In this document: piece by piece, positions 35,300-43,446 of the stretch
How positions within the stretch are numbered: the first letter of the stretch is position 1
How the letters are laid out: each line of letters starts with the position of its first letter
Source of the DNA: Candidatus Bathyarchaeia archaeon
Lineage (GTDB): Archaea > Thermoproteota > Bathyarchaeia > Bathyarchaeales > Bathyarchaeaceae
Direction: 5' to 3'
Assembly: GCA_035283685.1 (NCBI GenBank)
Contig: DATETJ010000009.1
Span: 332,925-396,924 of the forward strand
DNA length: 64,000 nt
Program-made: the position numbers and the translations under genes
The notes under the pieces: generated by a model
Told to the model about the DNA's origin: nothing
What the model saw: the letters and a program-made list of their open reading frames with translations, nothing else
Databases searched by the model: none

Positions 35300-35392
35300 T
35301 GGTGGGGCTGCCCGGATTTGGACCGGGGTCAAGAGAGCCCAATTGGAGCATTTGCTTGTCTCCTAGCCTAGACCATGCTAGCCGACAGCCCC
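35300..35392 (-). tRNA. tRNA-Pro(UGG) with a 15-nt non-canonical intron and encoded CCA
   Basis: The minus strand reads GGGGCTGTCGGCTAGCATGGTCTAGGCTAGGAGACAAGCAAATGCTCCAATTGGGCTCTCTTGACCCCGGTCCAAATCCGGGCAGCCCCACCA. Folded by hand: a 7-bp acceptor stem (GGGGCTG/CAGCCCC), a D-loop with A14 and GG, an anticodon stem GGAGA/TCTCT, a T-arm CCCGG-TCCAAAT-CCGGG, discriminator A and CCA. Removing 15 nt leaves the loop CTTGGGC, i.e. anticodon TGG with G37. Confidence 0.75.
35343..35357 (-). other. Putative BHB-type tRNA intron between tRNA positions 32 and 33
   Basis: The intron AAGCAAATGCTCCAA contains CTCC, which pairs with exon GGAG to form a 4-bp helix. That helix is flanked by 3-nt bulges, ACA on the 5' strand and AAT on the 3' strand. 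Cleavage after the second nucleotide of each bulge yields exactly the CTTGGGC anticodon loop. Confidence 0.5.
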
Positions 35393-35469
35393 GATTTTGA
35401 TGTTACTGCTTGTTAAGAATGCGTGGGTGTAGATAAGATTTAAGTTGGCTTTTCCTGACTGGCTGGCTT

Positions 35470-35811
35470 CTAGCGGTTACGTCTTTTGACGAAGCATTGC
35501 ATTACTTTGGGGCACACGGCACAATCGTCTGGAATGTCTGCGTTGTCAGGGAGGTCTCCTAAATATCCGAAGCCATGTTTGCAGTGTGTGGGCGCTCTTT
35601 GACCGATGTTGAAAACGGTTTCCACTTGGATTAGTTTGGGACGGGTTGGGTCATCTGTGGCTATTTCTATCTTTGATCGACAGTGGGGGCAGGCATAGTA
35701 GGTTTCTCTTAGAAGTTTAGTTGTGTCCGTCAAGACTATGGGCTTCTCAAACGTTTTGTTGCACATAGTGTAGGGGCAATGAAGTTTGCCTGACTGATGC
35801 AGGAGACCCAT
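35470..35811 (-). CDS. Cys/His-rich zinc-ribbon protein
   Basis: 113-aa ORF with CPYTMC...CPHC (zinc ribbon) and a C-terminal CKHGFGYLGDLPDNADIPDDCAVCPKVMQC motif. Confidence 0.65.
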   Translation of the reverse strand: MGLLHQSGKLHCPYTMCNKTFEKPIVLTDTTKLLRETYYACPHCRSKIEIATDDPTRPKLIQVETVFNIGQRAPTHCKHGFGYLGDLPDNADIPDDCAVCPKVMQCFVKRRNR

Positions 35812-35945
35812 GGTCTAGAAAACCTCAATATTACCAGATATGCCTAAGGTATTACCAATTAGTATCGAGCCTACGTAAACTAATAAACATTATCGCATAC
35901 ATGCACAACACATATACACAAGGGAGTTTCGCAGGAGAGGAATGT

Positions 35946-36203
35946 ATGAGCTGGCGAAATCACGTCAACAGTGCTTTATGGTCTATTTTGGTTGACGCGG
36001 TCCACACTTTACCCATGTATCCGCATCACAAGGCATACGTGCGCGACGCTATTCTCGCGGAGCAACCCAATATGAGCGCTGAGGACTTGGCGCTCAAATT
36101 GAACATCTCACTCGGCGAAAGCTTGGTAATCCTGTATGAACTCGAAAAACCCAGAGACGAGAGCGAGAAAACCTCTAAACAGCCTGAACAGAAGACGCTT
36201 TGA
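35946..36203 (+). CDS. Small hypothetical HTH-like protein
   Basis: The track ORF 35901..36203 is trimmed to the ATG at 35946, which is preceded by GGAGAGG at 5-nt spacing. It contains MSAEDLALKLNISLGESLVILYEL. Its 3' end overlaps the convergent tupC-like gene by 29 nt. Confidence 0.5.
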   Translation: MSWRNHVNSALWSILVDAVHTLPMYPHHKAYVRDAILAEQPNMSAEDLALKLNISLGESLVILYELEKPRDESEKTSKQPEQKTL

Positions 36204-37233
36204 AAGCCAAATAGACGCTTGAGCCCAAGTTGAGAGCCATTTCATTGAAAGATTTCCTTGTGACCTGAACTACGAAGTCTTTTCCAATGCTGACTTTCAA
36301 CTTAACTATTGAGCCCAGGTCGGAGATTTCAGATATTCTGCCTTTGAACACGTTTCTCGCGCTTGAAATTAACGGTTCAGCGGAGAGTATTATGTCTTCA
36401 GGTCTTATGAAAATCGTAACCGCGCCAGATTTTTCCAACGTTGAGACAATGCTCACTCCGCTTCCGATGTCAACGACTGTAGTGCCTTCTTCAGTTGTCT
36501 TGGAAACACCAGAGAAAACGTTTTCAAGCCTTGCGAAACCTGCTAGGAATTTTGATGGCGAGCGGAAGACTTCTTGAGATCTCCCAACTCTTTCGATTCT
36601 GCCGCGATTAAGCACAGCGACTCTGCTGGCTAAGTTCCCTGCCTGCGCCATGTTTTGGGTCGCGACGATTATTGTTTTCCTATGTTTGCTTACTGCCTGC
36701 AGAATGTCTTCGATCAATGAGGCGTTTTTTGGGTCTATATTTGCTGTTGGCTCATCGAGCAGAAGGACTTTTGTGTCGAGCGCCAATGCCCTCGCTATTG
36801 CAACTCTTTGCTGTTCGCCTCCTGACAACTTCCTAGCCGACCGCTTTTCAAAACCTTCAAGCTTGACCGTTTGCAGCACTTCTTTCACTTTTGTTGCTAC
36901 ATTGTTCTTTGTGTGCCCTTTGAGCTTGAGTCCATATGCGATGTTGTCATAGACCGTCCCTGTGAACATGACCGTCTTCTGGAACACCATCGTGATGTTT
37001 TTCGTTAGTTTGTCATTGTTGCGTGAGTTTATCTTCTCTTCTTGAAAGTACATTTCGCCTTGCGTCGGTGTTTCTATCCCAGAAACTATGCGCAACAAAG
37101 TAGTTTTACCAGAGCCGTTGGGTCCAATGAGTGCGAGGACTTCTCCTGTCTCAACCTTTAGGTTTGCTTTGTCTAGCGCGTTGATAGCTCCGTATTCTTT
37201 GGTTACGTCAACAAGCTCGACTATGCAGGTCAT
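36175..37233 (-). CDS. tupC: ABC transporter ATP-binding protein with C-terminal TOBE-like domain (tungstate/molybdate type)
   Basis: 352-aa ORF with Walker A GPNGSGKTT, signature LSGGEQQRV, Walker B LLLDEP and a C-terminal VFKGRISEISDLGSIVKLKV beta-barrel. Confidence 0.85.
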   Translation of the reverse strand: MTCIVELVDVTKEYGAINALDKANLKVETGEVLALIGPNGSGKTTLLRIVSGIETPTQGEMYFQEEKINSRNNDKLTKNITMVFQKTVMFTGTVYDNIAYGLKLKGHTKNNVATKVKEVLQTVKLEGFEKRSARKLSGGEQQRVAIARALALDTKVLLLDEPTANIDPKNASLIEDILQAVSKHRKTIIVATQNMAQAGNLASRVAVLNRGRIERVGRSQEVFRSPSKFLAGFARLENVFSGVSKTTEEGTTVVDIGSGVSIVSTLEKSGAVTIFIRPEDIILSAEPLISSARNVFKGRISEISDLGSIVKLKVSIGKDFVVQVTRKSFNEMALNLGSSVYLAFKASSVQAV

Positions 37234-37925
37234 GTCTTCCCTCTCTGAGCTAGGTTTACAACGAGACTTAGTCCTGTAACTATGAGCAGCAGTATGATTG
37301 TAAGCGCTATGCTCAGTACGATCTCGCCTTTGTTGGTATCTAATGCTATTGTGGTTGTGAGGACCCTAGTGTAGCCGCTTATGTTACCGCCGACCATGAG
37401 AGCCACTCCTAGCTCTGCGATAGCTCGGTTGAAGCTTGCAATAACTGCCAAGCCAACTCCACTTGTGGATTCTCCTAAAACAGTAAGTGAAGCTTCAAGT
37501 TCAGATGCGCCGAGCGTTTTAGCCAAGTTCCTTATTTCTGGGTCGATGGCTTCAATGGCGTTTGTTACTAGGCTGACAGCTATTGGTGTAATGAGTACTG
37601 CTTGGCCGAAGATTATGGCTGTTGGAGTGTACAAAATGTGAAGAAAGCCCAATGGCCCAGATTTTGAAAGAAGCAAGAACAAGATGAGGCCGAGTGCCGT
37701 CGTAGGGATGCCGAGTAGGGCATTAAACATGCCTTTAATGAAGATTTTGCCGCGAAATCGCTTTTGACTTAGGACTATAGCGGTTGGCAAGCTCCATAGC
37801 ATGCAAAGTGCTGTGGCGCCGAATGATATCAGGATGGTTCGCGAAGTGATATCGATTACTGTAGGGTCCCCTGAGAAAATGAGTTCAAAAGCCTTGATTA
37901 TGCCGTCGATTATCTCATTGCTCAC
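37230..37925 (-). CDS. tupB: ABC transporter permease (tungstate/molybdate type)
   Basis: The track ORF 37230..38024 overlaps the binding-protein gene by 89 nt. A GTG at 37925, 10 nt after the tupA stop, gives a 231-aa permease with 5-6 TM helices. Confidence 0.8.
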   Translation of the reverse strand: MSNEIIDGIIKAFELIFSGDPTVIDITSRTILISFGATALCMLWSLPTAIVLSQKRFRGKIFIKGMFNALLGIPTTALGLILFLLLSKSGPLGFLHILYTPTAIIFGQAVLITPIAVSLVTNAIEAIDPEIRNLAKTLGASELEASLTVLGESTSGVGLAVIASFNRAIAELGVALMVGGNISGYTRVLTTTIALDTNKGEIVLSIALTIILLLIVTGLSLVVNLAQRGKT

Positions 37926-37935
37926 GAGGTTTCTC

Positions 37936-38913
37936 TCAGGGGTATAACTCTGCGTAACCGATTCGATATTGGCTTGGGCATTCGGTGCCGTTGAAGTAGG
38001 CGTAACCTTTGATCCATTGAGCAATGGTTGGATCCGTGTTTTCCTTCAGGACTTTCACGGCTGCAGAGAATAAGCTTTGGCTGTAGGTTTCCTTCCCGAA
38101 ATCCTCAATGATCTGTTGTCCTTCTTCTGAGATGAGCCATTTGATGAATGTCATTGCGCCGTTGAAGTTGACTGACGGGTGCAATGTTTGGTTGACCGCT
38201 ATGGCGCTGTACACGTTTAGCAGGTCTTTTTCCTCTTTGATCAGGACTTCAAGCGTTATCAGACCATCATTGTAGTACTTCAGGTATGTTCCTGTGTCAG
38301 CCAGAGTGTAGGCGTCGAAGTAGTCTGCTTTTTTCAGGGTTTCTCCCATGCCTGAGCCGGCGTTGATGTACCAGCTTTCTTTAGATACATCGGCATAGGT
38401 GAATCCTGCGCTTGCCCACAGGCTCTTCTCTTTTGAATGTGTGCCCGAATTGTCTCCTCTTGAAACCCATTTTGCCATGCCATTTCTTCCATTCTCAGCG
38501 ATCTTTGACAGTGCTTGAAGCGGCTGCAAACTCTCAATTTGAACTGGATCACTCACAGGCCCTACTATGGCGAAGAAGTTGTAGGCTGCGATCTTTCTGT
38601 TGACTCCTATTCCACCGGTCAGGAAATTCTTTTCATCAGGTGGTGAATGGACCAGTATGAGGTCTGCGTCGCCTCGTTGTGCATGTTGAATGGCTATGCC
38701 TGTGCCAACAGATATGAAGTTGAGGTCGATAGGATATTTAGCTTCGAATTCTGCTTCCACCGCGTCGAGCAGTTCTGTGTCGTAGAGGCTTGTTGTTGTT
38801 GATACTATGACTCGCTCTCTGGCTGATCCTCGCAGGTAATAGTTGGTTGCTGCAACTGAAGCGATAACCGCGACAACAAGCACAGTTACCCAGACTAGAA
38901 GCATTTTTCTCAT
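37936..38913 (-). CDS. tupA: Periplasmic-type substrate-binding protein, TupA-like tungstate binding protein
   Basis: 325-aa ORF with an N-terminal TM/signal anchor, the VSTTTSLYDTELLD (TTTS) signature, VGTGIAIQHAQRGDADLILVHSP and SRGDNSGTH. Confidence 0.8.
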   Translation of the reverse strand: MRKMLLVWVTVLVVAVIASVAATNYYLRGSARERVIVSTTTSLYDTELLDAVEAEFEAKYPIDLNFISVGTGIAIQHAQRGDADLILVHSPPDEKNFLTGGIGVNRKIAAYNFFAIVGPVSDPVQIESLQPLQALSKIAENGRNGMAKWVSRGDNSGTHSKEKSLWASAGFTYADVSKESWYINAGSGMGETLKKADYFDAYTLADTGTYLKYYNDGLITLEVLIKEEKDLLNVYSAIAVNQTLHPSVNFNGAMTFIKWLISEEGQQIIEDFGKETYSQSLFSAAVKVLKENTDPTIAQWIKGYAYFNGTECPSQYRIGYAELYP

Positions 38914-38952
38914 GTTGTAACATCCTCGTTATGTTTGAGCGTATACATCGAG

Positions 38953-38978
38953 CCGATGTAACCTTATATGCATATCGG
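38953..38978 (-). promoter_or_regulatory. Candidate tupABC promoter: TATA-like element bracketed by a 5-bp inverted repeat
   Basis: CCGAT-N16-ATCGG encloses the palindromic ATATGCATAT about 45-60 nt upstream of the tupA ATG. A GAGG lies 12 nt before the ATG. Confidence 0.3.
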
Positions 38979-39167
38979 TGCATTTGGGCCGAGTCTTTCA
39001 GAGAAGAAGAGTAATCACACGTTAGGAGAGCAGTCAAGAAGTCACTATTAACTGAGGTATCGGGAACCTAATAACACGTGAGCTTGCAATAGGCTCGCCT
39101 AGCTCAAACCGGTAAAGGTAGTTATTTATTGTGCCTAGGGTTCAATTCACTCGTACGGAGGGCACGA

Positions 39168-39542
39168 ATGTCCGCTGCGTCGGCTAGATTTGTCATACAG
39201 AAGCATCAAGCCACTCATCTCCACTATGACTTCCGCCTAGAAATGGACAATGTACTGAAGAGTTGGGCTGCGCCCAAGGAGCCGCCAACTCAGTCAGGTA
39301 TCAGAAGACTTGCGGTGCAGGTGGAAGACCATGAACTAAGCTACATTGATTTCAAAGGCACAATTCCAGAAGGCGAATACGGTGCGGGCACAGTTGAGAT
39401 CTGGGACAAAGGCACATACACGCTGCAGAGTCGAACCGAAAAGATAATCGAATTTACTCTACACGGCTCAAAACTGAGCGGCAACTATGCGTTAGTCAAC
39501 TTCAAAGAAAACAACTGGCTGCTTATCAAAAAGAAAACCTAG
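39168..39542 (+). CDS. Stand-alone DNA ligase D 3'-phosphoesterase (PE) domain protein
   Basis: RFVIQKHQATHLHYDFRLE, KSWAAPKEP, VEDHELSY and EGEYGAGTVEIWDKGTY match the LigD PE domain. The ATG at 39168 is preceded by GGAGGG at 5 nt, so the track start at 39129 is less likely. Confidence 0.85.
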   Translation: MSAASARFVIQKHQATHLHYDFRLEMDNVLKSWAAPKEPPTQSGIRRLAVQVEDHELSYIDFKGTIPEGEYGAGTVEIWDKGTYTLQSRTEKIIEFTLHGSKLSGNYALVNFKENNWLLIKKKT

Positions 39543-39735
39543 TATTGGCTCAAGAGGAAAAATGGACCTCAACAGCTTTTGCTCCGACGTCAGCGTGACC
39601 AAAGCCAACCCAGTAGTCACGGGCCAGCAACAGAAAAAGGCGACAGAGACATTTGACGCCACGTTTTAGAGCATCGTCAAGGTAGAAGAAGGCCTTAATG
39701 GGATTTCGCCTTCTTCTTCTGAAAATTCGTCAAGC

Positions 39736-40557
39736 CTAAGCCACTACCCCAACTCTAGTGATCGCCACTCCTCTTTTTTTAAGTTCAGCTAGGAAAGGAT
39801 TGATTCCAACTGAATCGCTGGAAATATGCCCGCTAACAATGAGGTTGCCAACATTATCTGCCCTGAGACGCTCAAGATCAGCCGAGCTGACATGTATGTA
39901 AACGAGTGTTCCAACCCCATGCCTAAAATAGGTTCTAGCAACTTTATAGCCGCCGTTCGTCCCAGCTGCATGTGAAACAACGATCTTGCCAGCCCTGTTG
40001 AAAGCATTGCCTAAACGAATTTTGATGTCCGTCTGAGCCTTCTTGAATTCTGGAAGTCTCCGTAATGCTGCAACAATGTCGCCAACCGTGGCATTGGGCT
40101 TCCTATCAGTTACCAGCTTGATCTGCCCGGTCATTCTTTGTCTGCCGATTTCATCCAAGGGCGCATGTATATTCATGTAGGGCATTTTCATCAATCGAGC
40201 TACTGAAACCGTATGGTCATAATTGCGCGTGTGGTTTTCGACTTCAAGGGAATCACACTTCTTACGCACAGCCTGCTCCGCTTCCCCCTTGGGCACGCCA
40301 GCTTCAACCAACTGCTCAACATGCCTCTCAAACATCCTATGAAAATTGAGTATAGCTGAGCCACCCTGCGGATGATGCGAAACCACAGCGTCACACCTCA
40401 TTTGCCTAGCCAGCAAGAGCTCTGAGACACCAGCATCTATGCCGAAAAACAGCTTCTTTATGCCTTTTCCTTTCACATAAATGGCACTGTCTGGAGGTAC
40501 AGTTTTGAAACCTGACATCTTCAAAGCAAGTCTCATTATTTCCTCAGTGCTAATCAT
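39736..40557 (-). CDS. Nif3-like dinuclear metal centre protein
   Basis: 273-aa ORF with CDAVVSHHP and C-terminal VSGHISSD motifs characteristic of the NIF3/YqfO family. Confidence 0.8.
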   Translation of the reverse strand: MISTEEIMRLALKMSGFKTVPPDSAIYVKGKGIKKLFFGIDAGVSELLLARQMRCDAVVSHHPQGGSAILNFHRMFERHVEQLVEAGVPKGEAEQAVRKKCDSLEVENHTRNYDHTVSVARLMKMPYMNIHAPLDEIGRQRMTGQIKLVTDRKPNATVGDIVAALRRLPEFKKAQTDIKIRLGNAFNRAGKIVVSHAAGTNGGYKVARTYFRHGVGTLVYIHVSSADLERLRADNVGNLIVSGHISSDSVGINPFLAELKKRGVAITRVGVVA

Positions 40558-40706
40558 CCACGTCAGCCGATCCAGTCATTTCTAACGCAGAGAACGCATT
40601 TCTCACTTTCGATGCTTCAACGTCAGCTTAGAAAAGGAACACAAAGACAAAAAACTTGGAATAAATGGGAACGCTTCAGAAGTTATTAGTTAAGCCTAGA
40701 CTTTTT

Positions 40707-40862
40707 CTAATATCTTCTTGGTCTTGATTGTCGTCTCTTAGCCCAGCAATCTCGGCAGTAAACTGGTCTGCTCGTATCGGGCTTGAATGGCACTTCGCAT
40801 TCTTTGCCGCAATCCGCGCAGGTTGCCTTGTGCATTTCTCTGGGCTCACGTCCATACGCCAT
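40707..40862 (-). CDS. Small CxxC...CxxC zinc-ribbon protein (zf-trcl-like), 51 aa (below the ORF-track cutoff)
   Basis: Hand translation gives MAYGREPREMHKATCADCGKECEVPFKPDTSRPVYCRDCWAKRRQSRPRRY. AGGAGTGA lies 7 nt upstream of the ATG. The antisense track ORF 40728..41003 has no support. Confidence 0.6.
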   Translation of the reverse strand: MAYGREPREMHKATCADCGKECEVPFKPDTSRPVYCRDCWAKRRQSRPRRY

Positions 40863-41028
40863 CTGGCTTTTCACTCCTATTTATTGATTCAACAAGAACA
40901 AGATTTCTCAACGAAACCCCGAGTTCTTGTACGCCTCACATACAGAACGAACACAGTTAATAAGCTTATCCAAAGCAGCATATCGCCTGCTAGCAGTGCT
41001 TGAATAGGACCGGAAATGCGATACGTTT

Positions 41029-41547
41029 TTGTTCACGACATCGAATAATGGTAGGCAAGAGGGAGAAGACAGTTTGAGCGACCGCTGGTGGCGACGCAAG
41101 AGACGTCATGACCAATGGTTCAACGACTCCTTCAACGAGGTCGACAAGATCGAGAAGGACTTCGATGAGATGATTCACCGCGCTTTCAGAAATCCTATGG
41201 AGGAGGAAAGAACGCGCAGACGCTACTCCAGTCAACTTGCAGGCCAGCCACTATCTCAACCGTTCAGTTCACGAATCAATGAATTGAATGAGCCTTTAGT
41301 TGATGTGTTCGTTGATGAAGACTACGTTGTAGTTGTGGTTGAACTGCTCGGGGCGGACAGGAATTCAATTGATCTTCATGCTACAGAAAGCAAATTGATG
41401 ATTTCTGTGGATTTGTTGGGACGAAGATATAGCAGAGAAATCGACCTGCCAGCCAGAGTTGACGCCAAATCATCAATTTCAACGCTGAAAAACGGAGTAC
41501 TAGAAGTTCGCTTAAGGAAATTGGGCGAAAAACTCGTCATTCGATAA
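41029..41547 (+). CDS. Small heat shock protein (Hsp20 / alpha-crystallin family)
   Basis: The alpha-crystallin domain reads PLVDVFVDEDYVVVVVELLGADRNSIDLHATESKLMISVD...NGVLEVRLRK. The likely true start is the TTG at 41074 (MSDRWWRRKRR...), preceded by GGGAG. Confidence 0.85.
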   Translation: MFTTSNNGRQEGEDSLSDRWWRRKRRHDQWFNDSFNEVDKIEKDFDEMIHRAFRNPMEEERTRRRYSSQLAGQPLSQPFSSRINELNEPLVDVFVDEDYVVVVVELLGADRNSIDLHATESKLMISVDLLGRRYSREIDLPARVDAKSSISTLKNGVLEVRLRKLGEKLVIR

Positions 41548-41560
41548 ATGCGGTCTATAT

Positions 41561-42676
41561 CTAGACTATTTGCAGGTCTCTTTCGAAATTGGTGAGTTTT
41601 TCAGCTCCTTCCTTCTTAACCAGGACTGTGTCTTCGATTTTCACTGCGCCGATCTCTTTGCCCGACAGCGGTGCGTGTCCCACGTTGAGCACCATGTTCT
41701 CTAATGTTTTCTGTTTCCTTTCTGCTACCACTATTGTCGTAATCGGGTCTTCTTCAAATCTCAGACCAACGCCATGTGCGAATCCGTAAATATAGTATTT
41801 CTGCACTCCGTGCTTGTTGTAAACGTTCTGTACGATCTTCTCCAATTCGTCTAGGGGCATGTCCGATCTAAGCGCCTTGGTATATGCCTCCCCAGCTTCT
41901 ACCACGGCGCCGTACGCCCTCTTCTTCTCCTCAGTAACTGGACGCACAAAAACTGTATGGGCCAGATCCGAGTAGTACCCATTGTACGAAGGCATAATGT
42001 CAACTTTGACCGTGTCACCCGCCTTAACCGCTTTGTCCCTCGGATGAGCATGAACTCGCGGGCTACCAGCGTTAACGTAGACCAAAACCGAATCCGCGCC
42101 TTTGTTTCGAGCGGCTCGCTGTGCTTCGCCAGCAACTGCTGTTTCGGTTACTCCGACGCGCACTGATTCTACTGCGGCTTGCACTGCGCTTTCAGCGCAT
42201 CGTGACGCTCTTCGAATATTCTCTATTTCCGTCGGATCCTTGACCATCCTGAGCTGCATGATTAATCCGTGAACGTCCACTATCTTCTTGTCAGGATGCA
42301 TGATTTTGAACTGCTCATAGAGCAGTGCAGAAGCGTCGATGTCAATGTCAAAGCCTAAAGCTCCTGAGCCGCTGAGTTTTCGAGTGTTTTCCGTGACGGC
42401 GCGCATTAGTTCCTCCACTTTCCTGTAGCCTAGCACGTTGTTTATCCACGTTTTTTCTTGGAGCTCTTCCACTTCGTCTTCGAAGGCAAAGATGATAGGT
42501 TCGTCTTTAGCGGGGATTAGCACGGCGGGCTGCCACCAACTGGTCCCCGCAAAATATGTGAAACTATAGAGATTCCTGATCATCGAGGCGCCGATGCCTT
42601 TCTGTTCCATCAACGACTGGAAACGTCTCACTCGATTTTCGCCTAAGTTTGATCTCAACTGATTCTCCTCTGTCAA
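41561..42676 (-). CDS. M24 family Xaa-Pro peptidase
   Basis: 371-aa ORF with a creatinase-like N-domain and a pita-bread fold carrying DIMPSYNGYYSDLAHT, FAHGVGLRFEE and a terminal E...VLV. Confidence 0.85.
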   Translation of the reverse strand: MTEENQLRSNLGENRVRRFQSLMEQKGIGASMIRNLYSFTYFAGTSWWQPAVLIPAKDEPIIFAFEDEVEELQEKTWINNVLGYRKVEELMRAVTENTRKLSGSGALGFDIDIDASALLYEQFKIMHPDKKIVDVHGLIMQLRMVKDPTEIENIRRASRCAESAVQAAVESVRVGVTETAVAGEAQRAARNKGADSVLVYVNAGSPRVHAHPRDKAVKAGDTVKVDIMPSYNGYYSDLAHTVFVRPVTEEKKRAYGAVVEAGEAYTKALRSDMPLDELEKIVQNVYNKHGVQKYYIYGFAHGVGLRFEEDPITTIVVAERKQKTLENMVLNVGHAPLSGKEIGAVKIEDTVLVKKEGAEKLTNFERDLQIV

Positions 42677-42770
42677 TCACGAATATAATCCAGACTAGTT
42701 GCTCGCCAAGTTTTAACCTTGCGCTTCATTGCTAGCAGAAAAAAGAGAAAAATGAAGGTGAGGATTCGAG

Positions 42771-43403
42771 TCACTCTATTCTTACGAGCTCACCCTTCGG
42801 CTTCTTCTCTTCTTTAGCCTTAGTCAACGTGACTTCTAGGACACCGTTCTTGTACACTGACTTCGCAGTTTTCGGATCGATACTTGCTTGAAGTTCAACC
42901 TCTTTGTAGTATTTGCGATCTGGTGTGTCCACAGAAATCGTCAGGGCTTTCTCAGTTGCATAGAGCTTGATGTCCTTTTTCTCTACGCCTGGCACTTCAG
43001 CCACGACCTTAACCTCGCTGTCTGTGCTTATCACGTCGACAAGCGGTTCCCGCTCTTCTTTAATGTCAACTGTTGGTCGCTTTGGTCCAAAAAGCGTTTC
43101 AGGCTTCGAGGGCTTCACATTTCCAAACTCTCTAATCTGCGGTTTTCCATCCGGACCAATCGTCATCGAGTAGCCATAAACGAATGGCCCCCATTCTTTC
43201 ACGGTTGAACCATCTGGTAGGCGACGCTCACGAACAAGATCTTTGGGCAGTTTTGTTGTGAATTCCTTGAATTCCCGTTGCATCATCTCTTCCATGTCGC
43301 GAAATATGTCATCTACGTCCCCAAACAGCCAGTCTCGTGAGAAAGGACGTCGCACGCGTCGGCGGAACCATTCAGGGATGTCTTCGTCTGACACGTTTTT
43401 CAC
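42771..43403 (-). CDS. Small heat shock protein (Hsp20 family), paralog of 41029..41547
   Basis: PLVDVISTDSEVKVVAEVPGVEKKDIKLYATEKALTISVD...NGVLEVTLTK. The N-terminal W/R-rich segment parallels the paralog. Confidence 0.85.
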   Translation of the reverse strand: MKNVSDEDIPEWFRRRVRRPFSRDWLFGDVDDIFRDMEEMMQREFKEFTTKLPKDLVRERRLPDGSTVKEWGPFVYGYSMTIGPDGKPQIREFGNVKPSKPETLFGPKRPTVDIKEEREPLVDVISTDSEVKVVAEVPGVEKKDIKLYATEKALTISVDTPDRKYYKEVELQASIDPKTAKSVYKNGVLEVTLTKAKEEKKPKGELVRIE

Positions 43404-43446
43404 GCTCCACAGTCATAAAAAGAACCCAGGTTTATACGCTTTTCTT

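Noticed and set aside
35300-35392. Reading the tRNA with a canonical 37/38 intron, or as a class II (Leu/Ser) tRNA with a long variable arm
   Set aside because: The canonical splice would give the loop CAAGCAC, with A33 and an AGC anticodon that I do not expect in archaea. The class II reading requires an 11-nt anticodon loop. The 32/33 BHB solution is the only one that gives a standard 7-nt loop.
37926-38024. An 89-nt overlap between the permease and binding-protein ORFs, considered as a possible programmed overlap
   Set aside because: A GTG at 37925, 10 nt after the tupA stop, removes the overlap and gives a permease of normal length. The long N-terminal extension is Thr/Ser/Asn-rich and unlike permease N-termini.
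40728-41003. 91-aa plus-strand ORF
   Set aside because: It has no motifs. The opposite strand encodes a 51-aa CxxC...CxxC zinc-ribbon protein with a good Shine-Dalgarno.
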